Positions 12,682 to 26,000 of a stretch of DNA of 64,000 nucleotides are shown piece after piece; the first letter of the stretch is position 1, and every line of letters starts with the position of its first letter. This stretch comes from Anaeramoeba ignava BMAN (lineage: Eukaryota > Protista > Anaeramoebae): the NCBI GenBank assembly GCA_028826165.1, contig JAPDFW010000011.1, positions 682,001 to 746,000 of the forward strand. The letters are read 5' to 3'. The position numbers were made by a program, and so were the translations under genes. A model generated the notes under the pieces. That model worked only from the letters and a program-made list of their open reading frames with translations, made no database searches and was not told the origin of the DNA.

Positions 12682-14506
12682 TTAAAAAATTAAACAATTT
12701 TTTTCTTTTTTTTTGTTTTCTTTTTGTTGATTATTAAATTTGTTAATTAATAAATCAAATAAATTTGGATTTGTTTGATTTAATTGAAAATAATCAATTC
12801 CAGTTTCTAATTCATTAATTATTTCTTGTGTAATTTGAATTTCTTCTTTAATTTGATTTGAATAAATCCAATATTCAAATATTTGAAATGATTCGTTCAC
12901 TTAATTCACTATAATCTGTAACTTTATTAGATTTATCTTCAGTTACAGATAAAAACATTCCTCGATATAATTCACTTCTCATTATTAATATTAATTTAGG
13001 AAATTTATATTGTTTTTCTTTTCTTTCAATAATAAAATCATTTTCATTTTCATTTTCATTTAAAAAAATTCTTTTCATTGTTTCTTCAATTTTTTCATTG
13101 GAATTTATAATTTCTTTAATTTCAAAATATAATATTGGATTTATTTTGGAATTGTTTGAATAAATCATTTCAAATATTTGATTTGATTCTTTAATTGATT
13201 TATTTGAAATAATTTCTTTAAGTTTTTCAATTTGATTTTGATTTTGATTTAATCTATATTTTAATATTAATTTATGAGCTTCAATTATTTCTTCATTTTT
13301 GGTTTTAAATGAAATATCACAAAATTCTTTTCTTCCAAATAATTTTATCAAATCTTCTTCAAGATTGGAAAAAGGGGAAGGAGAATAATAAATAAATGAT
13401 TTGTTAAATCCACAAAGAACATGATAATTAGAAATATCTTCATTAAATCTTAATTTAGGAAGTTCAATTTGAATTGGAATTTTTTGATATTCTGTTGTAT
13501 CTCCAATTCCTAATTCACCATAATCATTACCTCCAAATACTATTAATTTTGAATTGAATGTTAAAATCAAAGTATGAACATTTCCAACAGAAAATTCAAG
13601 AATATTATCATCATCATTTTCAAATAAAGATGATTTAATTTCAGTAAATTCATAAATATTTTTATCAAATCCATTATATTTATTATCTCCACATGAATAA
13701 AGTTTTCTTTTTTTTTCTTGATCTTCAATCATCATTATTGAATGAAAATATCCACATTGAATATCAATTATTTTACCTTTTGGAATATTTTGGATTTTGG
13801 TTAATTTATCGATTTTTGTTTCTTTCATTGATAATCCTAATCCAAGTTGACCGTCTTGATTATTCCCACATCCAAATAATTCTTGATTTGAATTTAAAAG
13901 AAAAACATGAGCAGAAGTATTTCCTGAAAATATTTTAGAAATATTTTTCATCATTAAAATTGGTTTTTGTGTTTTATAAAGTGTTTTAGAATCAAAACCA
14001 AGTTGGCCATATTCATTTGAACCAATTCCATAAACATTTTGATTTGAAGTTAATAAGTAAATTGAACTATCTCCAGAAACAATATCTTGAATTATTCTAT
14101 CATTTTTATCTTCAATTAATGATGAAATATTGATAAATTCTTTTGGATTATATGGATTAATATCTTTTCCTTTGGCAAATACATTTCCTTCTATTGTTAA
14201 AATAGCTTCATTTTGAAAACCAACAGTTACTTTTTGAATATTTTCTTCAATTTGGATTTTTGAAGGATTTTGATTTGAATCATTTTTATTTAAATATTCT
14301 ATTGCTTTTCCATTTTCAAAAAGGAAAATTGTTGAAAAATAACCTGATGAAATTTGTTTAATTTGTTTTTCATTTTCATTTTCATTTTCATTTTCATTTT
14401 CATTTTTATTTTCAAATTTAAATTGAATTGGTTTTATTATTTTAATTGGTTTATTTTTGAAAAGTTTTGGAAATTGATTTCTTCCAAAAACTATAATTTC
14501 ATTCAT
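12682..14506 (-). CDS. RCC1 + tandem BTB protein (frameshift near 12895), polybasic tail ending in CaaX (CLIF)
   Basis: ORFs 12875-14506 and 12682-12900; ends QQKENKKKEKNCLIF*. Confidence 0.85.
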
Positions 14507-14556
14507 TTTTAAAAAAGAAAAAAAATGAAAAATAAAAAAGGAAAAAATAAAATTTT

Positions 14557-16539
14557 TTAATCAAGTTTATTCAATTCTTGAAATAAAATTTCAGCTTGAG
14601 AATTATTTCGATTTATTTTGAGTTTTTGGAGATGATTGAGTGAAAAATAATTGATAAATTGTTCGATATATCCTGAATAAATATAATCATATTGTCTTGT
14701 CCATTTGCGTCTAATTTCATCAGCAAAATAGAACCAAGCAGTTTTTTTTGAATCGATATGAAAAATAGAATCCGAATCAATGATAATCCATTTCTCATCT
14801 TGATAAACCAAATTTTCATAGTTTAATCCACCAATATAATAACCAGATTTAACTGCAATTTCATAAAATGCGATCAAAGCTTGAAAAGGTTTTGAATTCG
14901 GATCGAATAGTTGTTCAGGATTTGAATGAATGAAATCTTTAAGTAAAATTCCAGTTGCATAAGTTTGGAATAACACTTTTTTCGAAGATGAAATACGAAC
15001 ATCTAAAGTTGATAAACCAAGAGCTTTCCATATTTGATTTTTATAAAATTGTTTCAATAAAGAGTTGGGTCTTGATGGTTTTGTAACTGTTGGTGTTTTG
15101 CATACAAATAATTCAAGTGTGTTTTTATCTTGAACTAATGAAACCCAACTTGTTTTTCCAACTCCAACACATGGATTGATTAAAATATATCCTTCTGATT
15201 CATAAAATTTTTCAGAGCATCCACATATACAATCTCCAAGTATTGAGAAAGAATTATTGACTATTTCTTGTGAAAGTTTAATGAAATAATGTGAAAATGA
15301 ATCTTTTTCTTTGGGTAATTCAATTTTATTTTTATTTCTATTTTTATTTCTATTTCTATATTTATTTCGATTTTTAATTTCATTTTCAAATCTATTTCTC
15401 ATTTCAATTTCAATTTCAATTTCAATTTCATTTTGATTTTGATTTTGATTTTCATTTTGATTTTCATTTTGATTTTCAATTTCATTTTGATTTTGGTTTT
15501 GATTTTCAATTTGATTTTCAATTTGATTTTGATTTTGATTTTGATTTTGATTTTGATTTTGATTTTGAATTTGATTTTGATTTAGATTTTGATTTTGAAT
15601 TTGATTTTGATTTTGATTTTGATTTTGATTTTGATTTTGATTTTGATTTTGATTTTGATTTTGATTTTGATTTTGATTTTCATTTTGATTTTGATTTTGA
15701 TTTTGATTTTGATTTTGATTTTGATTTTGATTTTGATTTTGATTTTGATTTTGATTTTGATTTAGATTTATATTTTGAATTTTATTTTGATTTAGATTTT
15801 GATTTTGATTTTGATTTTGATTTTGATTTTGATTTTCAATTTGGTTTTCAATTTCAATTTCATTTTCAATTTCAATTTCAATTTCAAATCGATTTTCATT
15901 TTCATTTTCATTTTCATTTTCAATTTCAATAAAATGATTAAAATCTTTAAAATTTTTATCATTCTTCATTTTTTTTTCAAATTTCAATAATAAATTCGAA
16001 AATTTTTGGATTAAATTATGACGAATAAAATTATCAGAAGATGAACTAATAATTCTAAAAGCAGAATATCTAAGATCATTTCTCAAATCCAAATTAATAG
16101 AATAAACATGCCTAATCAATCTAACTTGAATATCTTCAGAATCCCTTGAAGCAGCAGCTAATAAAACATACAAATCAGATCTGAATTGTTTTTGAGGAAG
16201 AACCCATTCAACAACCAATTTAACACATTCGATTGAACCATTTATTAATAAAGCAATCAATTTTTCTCTTTTATTTGGAAAATAATATTCTGATAAATAA
16301 TTTCTCATTTGAGGATTCCCCTTTTCAAACAAAAGTTCCAAAATTTTTAACGGAACAAAAATATAATCTTTTCTATTAACTATAAATTGACAAGTAAAAT
16401 ATCCAACATAATTATAAACTATTTTTTCTTGATCTCTCCAATCCATTAAATTCAAATCAAATTTAATTAGTGAAAACGCTTCCATTTCAAAGAGTGTTTG
16501 AACATAATTATAATAATAATACAAAGGAATTGTTTCCAT
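14557..16539 (-). CDS. Protein with long QN insert and C-terminal atypical protein-kinase-like domain (probable pseudokinase)
   Basis: 660 aa. Gly loop GVGKTS, VCK lysine, catalytic-loop-like IGGLNYEN (Asp replaced by Gly), WIIIDSD at the DFG position. Confidence 0.55.
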   Translation of the reverse strand: METIPLYYYYNYVQTLFEMEAFSLIKFDLNLMDWRDQEKIVYNYVGYFTCQFIVNRKDYIFVPLKILELLFEKGNPQMRNYLSEYYFPNKREKLIALLINGSIECVKLVVEWVLPQKQFRSDLYVLLAAASRDSEDIQVRLIRHVYSINLDLRNDLRYSAFRIISSSSDNFIRHNLIQKFSNLLLKFEKKMKNDKNFKDFNHFIEIENENENENENRFEIEIEIENEIEIENQIENQNQNQNQNQNQNLNQNKIQNINLNQNQNQNQNQNQNQNQNQNQNQNQNQNENQNQNQNQNQNQNQNQNQNQNQNQNQIQNQNLNQNQIQNQNQNQNQNQNQNQIENQIENQNQNQNEIENQNENQNENQNQNQNEIEIEIEIEMRNRFENEIKNRNKYRNRNKNRNKNKIELPKEKDSFSHYFIKLSQEIVNNSFSILGDCICGCSEKFYESEGYILINPCVGVGKTSWVSLVQDKNTLELFVCKTPTVTKPSRPNSLLKQFYKNQIWKALGLSTLDVRISSSKKVLFQTYATGILLKDFIHSNPEQLFDPNSKPFQALIAFYEIAVKSGYYIGGLNYENLVYQDEKWIIIDSDSIFHIDSKKTAWFYFADEIRRKWTRQYDYIYSGYIEQFINYFSLNHLQKLKINRNNSQAEILFQELNKLD

Positions 16540-16665
16540 AAATTGAATTATTTTCTTTTTAAATTTTTATAAAATAAAAAAATGAAAAGAAAAAAATGAA
16601 AAAAATTTTTTTTCAAATAAAAATATTCCAAACAAAAAACAAAAACAAAAATAACTTTGATTTAA

Positions 16666-17872
16666 TCAAATAAAATTCATTTCATCAACTTCTTCAAATT
16701 CACTTAATATTTCATCAGTTGGTCTAATTATAGTTTCGTGTTTTGTTGAATCAAAAAGTGATTGATATTCTTCATTTGGATTCAAATTTCTCATTTTCTT
16801 TTCTTTTGAAACATTTGAATGTAAAATAACAATAATAGAAAAAATAGGGAAAATTTCGAATAAAAGATAAATAGTGAAGAAAAGCCATAAATAACGATTA
16901 TCATTTGATTCTCCCCAATCAATTACTACTGAAGTTGCTGCGTTTAGTAAATCCCACAAGGAACGAACAAAGAAAACACTTGTTGTCAACCAAATCAAGA
17001 TCATAAATGTTTTTGCTCTTGCTCTTCTTTTATCATTTAAATTGAATTTTTTCAATTCTCGATAAATTCGCCATCCAAAAAATGTCAAAACCAAAATCAA
17101 TAAAGTGAATATTAAACCGTGAGATAAAAAAGAATAATATTCATTATCTGGATCTGCAAAACAGGATACAATCGAGAAAACAACTCCAAGAACATTCATA
17201 AAAAGGAAAAAAGGATTGAGAAGTTTTATTAAAATTTGATTTCTTCCATAATTTGAATACATTAATAAAGCAACAAACCAAACAAAAAGAATGAATCTAA
17301 AAAGAAAAGCAAAAAAAAGTGTCAAAAAATTTTTGTTCCAAAATTCCTTTTTTTTTTGTTTACATTGTAAATTGAAGAAGTAATGGAAACATTAAATAAA
17401 AGAAATTTATAAAAAAATGAGAATCCAGTATTTTTTTTGAAGGTTTAGAAAATGTTAAAATTGTTCTTTCAAGGGAAAGAGTGAAATTTTCAATTAAAAT
17501 TATTATTCTAAAAGTAAAAGCATTTTTAGATTTTGTTTTCTTTCTAAAATTTGTTTTAAAAAAAACAAGAACAATTAAAAATCATCAAATCTTATTAAAA
17601 TATCAATAAAAAAACCATTTTTACTTTCTAAATTAAATTAAATTAAATTTAAATTTAAATTTTTGAATTTCGAATTTTTAATTTTTTTACTTTTCAAGAA
17701 GAATAAAATGAACAATTTCAATTAAAGAAAAAACTGCTCCTAAAAAATATAGAAAACTTAAAAGGAAAATTAACCAAGAATGTGTTTCTAATGCTGATAT
17801 TGTATTTCTTCTTTTGTCTTCATCTGGAATTGAAAAAACCAAATGAATCAAAAGAATCCAAAAAAATTTCAT
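16666..17872 (-). CDS. Multi-exon 7TM-like membrane protein of the TOM1/THH1/GPR137 type
   Basis: Hydrophobic exon 17872-17691 (donor GTAAAA), middle exon 'FPLLLQFT' (~17510-17364), last exon from ~17297 with several TM helices and 'FFTIYLLFEIFPIFSIIVIL'. Exon 2 is unclear or garbled. Confidence 0.55.
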
Positions 17873-17951
17873 TTTAAATAAAAGAATGAAAAGAAAAAAA
17901 ATGAAAAACTTTTTTTTAATTTGAAAAAAATTTTTTAAATCGAATTTTAAA

Positions 17952-20597
17952 TTAATTTTGATTGTCTCTTTTTGAGTGAAAACGAATTTTAGGTAATCTT
18001 CTATCTAAAGGTCTTGAATTTGTTTCTTTTGTAATTACATCATGTGAATTTGGTAAATGTTCTTTTTTATTGGAACAATGAAAAAAACTGGAATTTTTTT
18101 GAAATTTGGAAATAAAGATATGATCGTAATCTAAAGAAGTAATTTCAAATAAATCAGAACTTTGATTAATCTTGTTTAACCATAAAAGGAAATTTTTTGA
18201 ATGAAACCAACAAATCAACCAACTTTTTCTGAATTCATCAAGAAATTTTTGGTTTAAAATATTGATTGATTTTGGGTTTAATTTCAATAAATTCGGATGT
18301 GTTTGTTTTGTTGTAATAAATCGGATATTTTCATTCCATTTTGTATCCTTTTCAAATTTTGAATGAATTGATAAAACATTTGAAAAAGTGAGCAAATCTC
18401 CAAGAAGTTTTTGGAAATACATATAAAATTGATTTCTAATCCATTGATCACTTCCAATCCAACTGACTTCATCCTTGTTATCAGTTAGTATTCTGATAAT
18501 ATTAGTCATGAAAATTATTTCTGAATCTGTCAATTTGATTGCTTTCTCAAGTTTTTCTGAAATTAAAATATCAACACCTAAATTTCCATCCAAAATGATT
18601 TTGCAATCAACAGCAAATTTGTTAAGAGAAATAAGCAGGATGTTGTTTATTCCGATAAAAAATCCGCGGGGATTTTCATCAAATCTGTCCAAAGAACCCA
18701 ATGAGAAATAGGGATAAAAAGGAATTTTAGGATCATCAAATATTTTAAGTGGAAAACAATAATCAAAAGATTTTTTTCTGTCAAAATGTTTCAAACTGAA
18801 ATTTTTGATTGGAAAAAGTGAAGTAAAAAATTCAGGCAATAAAGACAATAAAGATAAGCAAAGCGTTGAAACTTTTTCTGCTTGTGGATGAAAAAGAATA
18901 ACTGTTTTTTCTAATAAAAGCAATTTCAATATTTTTAGCACATTTACACCAAGAATTTGTATAAGAAATCGTGGTGATAAATCCATAAATAATTCATCAT
19001 TCCAATTGAATACTTGCGGTTTTAATAGTTGGGTTTTGTATTTATTATTTAAGATTTGGAATATGTTGTAAATTAATGTTTTGTTTGTGAAATTGTATTG
19101 TCGAAACCATGCTTCTGTTATGATATTTAATCGGGAACGAATTGATCCAAATAGTGGAATTTTGGAAATTATACAAATTGATTTTTGAACATTTCCTCGA
19201 TAATATTTTGAAACGTTGATTTCTGATAAAAACTTTTTTTATTTAATTTTGAAATGTTATTTTTTAAATATTTTTTTTTTTGATTTTATTATTTTTGATT
19301 ATTTTTTTACTTTGGTTTTAATTTGTCGGAAGCATGCTACACAAAAAAGAGGAATTTTTCCATCTTGATTTTCATTTTCATTTTCATTTTCATTTTCATT
19401 TTCATTTATATTTTCAATTTCGTTTTCATTTTCATTTTCAATTTCGTTTTCAATTTCATTTTCATTTTCATTTTCAATTTCATTTTCATTTTCAATTTCG
19501 TTTTCAATTTCAAATACATTTTCTATTTCATTTTTATTTTCTATTTCATTTTCATTTTCAAATAAATTTTCAATTTTATTTTCAATTTTATTGTGTATTT
19601 GATTTTGATTTTGAACTTCAATTTGATTTTGATTTTGATTTATATTTTGATTTTGATTTAGATTTTCAAATTGATTTTGAATTTGATTTTGATTTTCAAA
19701 TTGATTTTGATTTTGATTTTGATTTTGATTTTGATTTTGATTTTGATTTTGATTTTCATTTTCAAATTGATTTTGATTTAGATTTTGATTTTGATTTTGG
19801 TTTTGATTTTGATTTTCAAATTGATTTTGATTTTGATTTTGATTTTCATTTATATTTTCATTTTGATTTAGATTTTGATTTTCATTTTGATTTAGATTTT
19901 GATTTAGATTTTGATTTTGATTTTGATTTTCATTTATATTTTCAATTTCATTTTGATTTTCATTTTCATTTTGATTTTCTAATTGATTTTCAATTTGATT
20001 TAGATTTTGATTTTGATTTTCATTTTGATTTTCATTTTCATTTTGATTCTCAAATTGATTTTGATTTAGATTTTCATTTTGATTTTCATTTTCAAATTGA
20101 TTTTCATTTTGATTTAGATTTTCATTTTGATTTTGATTTTGATTTTGATTTTGATTTTGATTTTCATTTTGATTTTCAAATTGATTTTGATTTTGATTTT
20201 GATTCTCAAATTGATTTTCATTTTCATTTTCATTTTGATTTTCATTTTCATTTTCATTTTGATTTTCATTTTCATTTTCATTTCCAAATTCATTTTCAAA
20301 TTGATTTTGATTTTGATTTTGATTTTGATTTAGATTTTGATTTAAAGCTAATTTTGCTTTTTTTTTTAAATTTCTTTTTTCTATTGATTCTAATAAAGAA
20401 GAAGGCGGAATTGTTTTAAAAAAAACATAACCACTTTGAAAATTATGAGCACCTTCAGGAAGTGCAAGAAAACTTAATTCATCAATCCATTTTTTATTTT
20501 GTTTATTTTTTAAATTTATTTTTGGATAAATAAGCTCAGCATTTGAACCTTTATTATGGTCAAATTCAAAAACAATAACAAAAGCAATTGGGTTCAT
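17952..20597 (-). CDS. AVL9: AVL9 / DENN-like trafficking protein with ~330-aa QN/EN insert; intron 19310-19233
   Basis: N-terminal '[16 protein letters not shown]...[12 protein letters not shown]', '[12 protein letters not shown]'; after the intron '[33 protein letters not shown]'; later '[13 protein letters not shown]' and '[15 protein letters not shown]'. Confidence 0.8.
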
Positions 20598-20689
20598 TAT
20601 TTTTAAATTAAATTTGTTTTTTTAGAAATTGAAAAAAATGAATTGGAAAAAATGAAAAAAATTATTTTGTAAAAAAGAAAATAAAATTT

Positions 20690-21395
20690 TTTTAATTTTA
20701 ATTTTAATTTTGATTTTAATTTTGATTTTAATTTTAATTTTAATTTTCAAATTGATTTTCAAATTGATTTTCATTTTGATTTTGATTTTCATTTTCATTT
20801 TAATTTTGATTTTCAAATTGATTTTGGTTTTGATTTTCATTTTCATTTTGATTTTGATTTTGATTTTCATTTTCATTTTAATTTTAATTTTGATTTTGAT
20901 TTTGATTTTGATTTTGATTTTCATTTTCATTTTCAAATTGGTTTTGATTTTGGTTATAATTTTAATTATTTTGATTTTCAAATTGATTTTGGAATTCATT
21001 TTCATTTTCAAATTGATTTTAATTTTGATTTTGGTTATAATTTTAATTTTAATTTTAATTTTGATTTTGATTTTGATTTTATTTTTATTTTGATTTTTAT
21101 TTTGATTTTAATTTTATTTTTGATTTTGATTTTGATTTAGATTTAGATTTTGATTTTCAAATTGATTTTGATTTTGATTTTGATTTTGATTTTCAAATTG
21201 ATTTAGATTTTCATTTTCATTTTCTAATTGATTTAAATTTGATTTTGATTTTAATTTTGATTTTGATTTTAATTTTGATTTTAATTTTGGTTATAATTTT
21301 AATTTTAATTTTTATTTTGATTTTGAATTGGATTTTAATTTCAATTTTGATTTATATTTAGATTTATATTTAGATTTAGATTTAGATTTTAATTT
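20690..21395. repeat. Intergenic low-complexity AAAATC/AAAATG/AAAATT repeat mosaic
   Basis: Same hexamer vocabulary as the AVL9 coding insert, but interrupted by stop codons. Confidence 0.85.
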
Positions 21396-22874
21396 TCAAT
21401 TTGATTCATTAAGAGAATTCCAATTAATTGGTTCTAAAGAATGTTTTGTAAGAATCTCATTAGTTTTAGAAAAATGTTTGCAACCAAAAAATTTTTTAGA
21501 AGAAAGAGGAGAAGGATGAGCAGCTTTAAGAATATGATGTCTTTTTGAATCAATTAAAGAAGCACAAGCTTGACTGTGTCTTCCCCAAAGAAGAAAAACA
21601 ACATGTTTCTTTTTTTTTGATATTATTCTTATAACTTCATTTATAAATTCTTTCCATCCTGATTTTTTATGTGATTCTGGTTTATGTTCAGTTACTGTTA
21701 ATACTGTATTAATTAAAAATACTCCTTGTTTTGCCCAACTTTCAAGATTTCCATGTTTTGGTTTCTTAAAAGTTTTGTAATTATCTCCAACTTCTTTATA
21801 AATATTATGTAAACTTTTTGGTATTGCAATTCCTTTTTGAACTATTTTTTATTTAAAATTAATATTATAATTAAAATTAAATATTAAAATTAAAATTAAA
21901 ATTAAAATTAAATATAAAATTAAAATTAAAATTATATTTAAAATTTAAATTGAGATTAAAATTAAAATTAAAATTAAAATTAAATATTAAAATTATAATT
22001 AATATTAAAATTATATTTAAAATTTAAATTGAGATTAAAATTAAAATTAAAATTAAAATTAAAATTATAATTAAAATTAAAATTAAATATAAAATTTACA
22101 ATTATAATTAATATTATAATTAAAATTAAAATTAAAATTATAATTAAAATTAAAATTAAATATTAAAATTATAATTAAAATTAAAATTAAAATTAAAATT
22201 AAAATTAAAATTAATATTAAAATTAATAAAATTAAAATTAAAATTAAAATTAATTTGTCTTGATTTAATCTGGTTTTGAAATATACCAGAAAATGCTAAA
22301 CCATGAGCTTGGCCTTTTCCATGATAAGGATCTTGACCAATAATTACAACTTTAATTTTGTCAAAAGGACATAAACGAAAAGCTTCAAAAATAAAATTTT
22401 TTGGAGGATAAATAATTTCATTTTTTTCTTTTTGAATTAAAAAATCAACAATTCTTTTAAAATAAGGTTGATTAAATTGTGAATGAAGAATTTTTCTCCA
22501 AGAAGGTTCCATTAACATTTCAAAACCTTTAACAGAAAAAGAATCCATTGGAATAATTTTATCCTCTTTTTCTTTTTCTTTTTCTTTTTCTTTTTCTTTT
22601 TCTTTTTCTTTTTCATTTTCTTTTTCATTTTCTTTTTCATTTTCTTTTTCTTTTTCTTTTTCTTTTTCTTTTTTTCTTTTTCTTTTTCTTTTTCATTTTC
22701 TTTCTCTTTTTCATTATCTTTATTTTTATTTTTATCGTTATTTTTATTTGATTTTTTTTTAGTTGTTTTTTTTCTTTTAATTTCTTCTTCTTTTTCTTCT
22801 TCTTTTTCTTCTTGTGTTTCTTCTTTTCGTTTCTTTTTTAAAAAAAATTTTTCAAGTGAAGTTTGTTTTGACAT
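21396..22874 (-). CDS. UNG: Uracil-DNA glycosylase (family 1); intron 22286-21842; frameshift in the KE-rich N-terminus
   Basis: GQDPYH motif, 'QAHGLAFS|VQKGIAIPKSLHNIYKE', 'WAKQGVFLINTVLTV', 'AAHPSPLS'; PIP-box-like N-terminus QTSLEKFF. Confidence 0.95.
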
Positions 22875-23004
22875 TTTTTAAATTAAATTCTTTTATAAAT
22901 TAATAAAAAATGAAAAAAAATGAAAAAATGAAAAATGAAAAAATGAAATTATTTTTTATACTTTTCATTTTTATTTTTAATTTTTATTTTTTATTTAAAA
23001 AAAA

Positions 23005-26000
23005 ATGGGTCAATCTGAATCAATTCAAAAATTATTTATTGCTTGTAAAAATAATTCTTTTCAAGAAATTAAATTTTTAATTCAAAAAAAAGTTAATGTT
23101 AATGCCAAAAATATTTATGAACAAACTCCTTTACATTTAATTTGTCAAAATATAAATGAAAATTCTTTCAAAATTATTAAATTTTTAATTCAAAACAAAG
23201 CTGATGTTAATGCCAAAAATATTTATGAACAAACTATTTTACATTTAATTTGTCAAAATATAAATGAAAATTCTTTCAAAATTATTAAATTTTTAATTGA
23301 AAACAAAATTGATATCAATGTCAAAGATTATAAAAAACAAATTGCTTTACATTTAATTTGTCAAAATATAAATGAAATTTCATTCCAAATTATCCAAATT
23401 TTAATTGAAAATAATTCCAAAATTAATTCTAAAACAAAAAATAAACAATCACCTTTACATTTAGTTTGTCAAAATATAAATGAAAAATCTTTACAAATTA
23501 TAAAATTTCTTATTGAAAATGGAGCAGATGTCAATGCCAAATCAAAAAATCAAGAAACTCCTTTGCATTTAATTTGCCAAAAGGAAAATATAAATGAAAT
23601 TTCATTTCAAATTATAAAATTTTTCATTGAAAATGGAGCAGATGTCAATGCCAAAAATAAAACAAATAAAGAAACAATATTACATTTAATTTATCAAAAT
23701 CCAAATCAAATTACATTTGAAATTATTAAATTTCTTATTGGAAAAGGAGCAGATGTCAATGCCAAAACAAAGAATGATGAAACATTTTTGCATTTAGTTT
23801 GTAAAAATCAAAAGCAAAATGAAGATGTATTTCAAATTATTAAATTTCTTATTGAAAAAGGAGCAGATATCAATGCCAAAATATATGAAGGTGAACAAAC
23901 ACCTTTTCATTATGCTTGTCAAAATCCCTATTTATCATTTCAAATTATAAAATTTCTTGTTGAAAATGGAGCAGATATCAATGCCAAAACAGAGGAAAAT
24001 AGAGAAACACCTTTCCATTCAGCTTGTCAATGCCAAAACAAAGAATCATTTGAAATTATAAAATTTCTTGTTGAAAATGGAGCAGATATCAATGCCAAAA
24101 GAACAGATTTTCAAGAAACACCTTTGAATTTAGTCTGTCAATTTCAAGAAAGTGAAAAGTCAATTGATATTATCAAATTTTTAATTGAAAATGGTTCTAA
24201 AATCAATTCCAAGACAATTTATAAGCAATCTCTTTTACATTTAGCTTGTCAAAATCAAAACAAAAATTCATTTGAAATTATCAAATTTCTTATTGAAAAA
24301 AAATTTTCAGTTAATTCACAAGAAACAAGTGAACAAAAAACACCTTTACATTTTGCTTGTCTATATCAAATAAGAAATGAAGAATCATTTGAAATTATAA
24401 AATTTCTTGTTGAAAATGGAGCAGATGTCAATGCCAAAACAAATGATGATCAAACTCCTTTACATATAATTTGTCGATGTCAAGCACAAAAAAATTCAAT
24501 TGAGATTGTTAAGTTCTTAGTTGAAAATGGAGCAGATGTCAATGTCAAAACAAAATTTGATAATTCAACACCTTTACATTTATTTTGTCAAAGTGAATTC
24601 AATGAAAATTCATTAGAAATTATTAAATTTCTTGTTGAAAAAGAAGCAGATATCAATATAAAAACTGGATTTGGATTAACAGCTTTATTTTTAATTTGCC
24701 AAAATATAAACAAATATTCAATAGAAATTATCAAATTTCTTGTTGAAAAAGGAGCAGAAATCAATGCTAAAACACATGAGCAAGAAACACCTTTACATTA
24801 TGCATGCCAATTTCAAAAACAGGAACATTCAATGGAAATTATCAAATTTCTAATTGAAAATGGAGCAGATATCAATGCTAAAAGTCATATATCTAAAGCA
24901 CCACTACATATTGCATGTCAAGGTCAAAAAGAAACATCAATTGAAATTATTCAATATTTAATATTAAAAGGAGCAGATATAAATATCAAAGATTATTCAC
25001 AAGAAACAGCTTTACATTTAGTTTGTCAAAACCAAAACCAAAATTCATTTGAAATTATTAAATTTCTTATTGAAAAAGGAGCAGAAATTAATGACACAAA
25101 TTCTTATAGCCAAGAAACACCTTTACATATTGCTTGTAAATATCAAAACGAGAATTTATTTCCAATTATCCAGTTTCTTTTTGAAAAAAAAGCAAATATA
25201 AATGCCAAAACAAAATATACTTTAGAAACACCTTTACATCTCGTTTGTCAAAAGGAAAAAAATAAAGATTTGGATCAAATCATCAAATATTTAGTTTCAA
25301 AAAGAGCAGATATCAAAGCACAACTAGAAAGTACTTTGGAAACACCTTTGCATTTTCTTTGCCAAAAATCAAAATCAATTGAAGCAATTAATTATTTGAT
25401 TAAAAAGAAGGTGAATATCAACGCACAAGATTCAGAAATGCAAACACCATTACACAAAGTTTTTTCTTCTAAAAAATCTAAGAAGAATTCATTTGGAATT
25501 GTAAAAATTTTAGTTTCCCAAAAGGCAAATCTTAATGCTGAAACCAAATATCAATATGAAACACCTTTACATTTTGCTTGCAAACAAAAAAATTCGTTTC
25601 AAATTATCAAATATTTGGTTGAAAATGGAGCATCTGTTAATGTTTTAAATAATTTTCATCAGGAATCACCATTGCATTATGCTTGCCAACATCAAAAATC
25701 ATTAAAAATTGTGAAATATCTCATTTCCAAAGGAGCTATTATTAATGCAAAATCAACAAACAATCAAACACCTTTACATTATGCATGCCAACACCAAAAA
25801 TCAATCAAAATTATCAAATTTCTTGTTGAAAATGGAGCAGTTATTAATGCTGCAGATGATAGAAACAACACTCCTTTGCATTTAGTTTGTGGAAATATAA
25901 AAGAAAAATCATTTGAAATTATCACATATTTAATATCGAAAGGAGCAAATGTGAATTACTACACAAATGATCATGAATCACCTTTATACTATATTTGTGG

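Noticed and set aside
19334-21093. Long ORFs of DF/HF/IL/KI/NF dipeptides here and elsewhere (440-1032, 4286-4550, 50337-50522, 62083-62776)
   Set aside because: Off-frame or antisense readings of hexamer microsatellites; no evidence of real genes.
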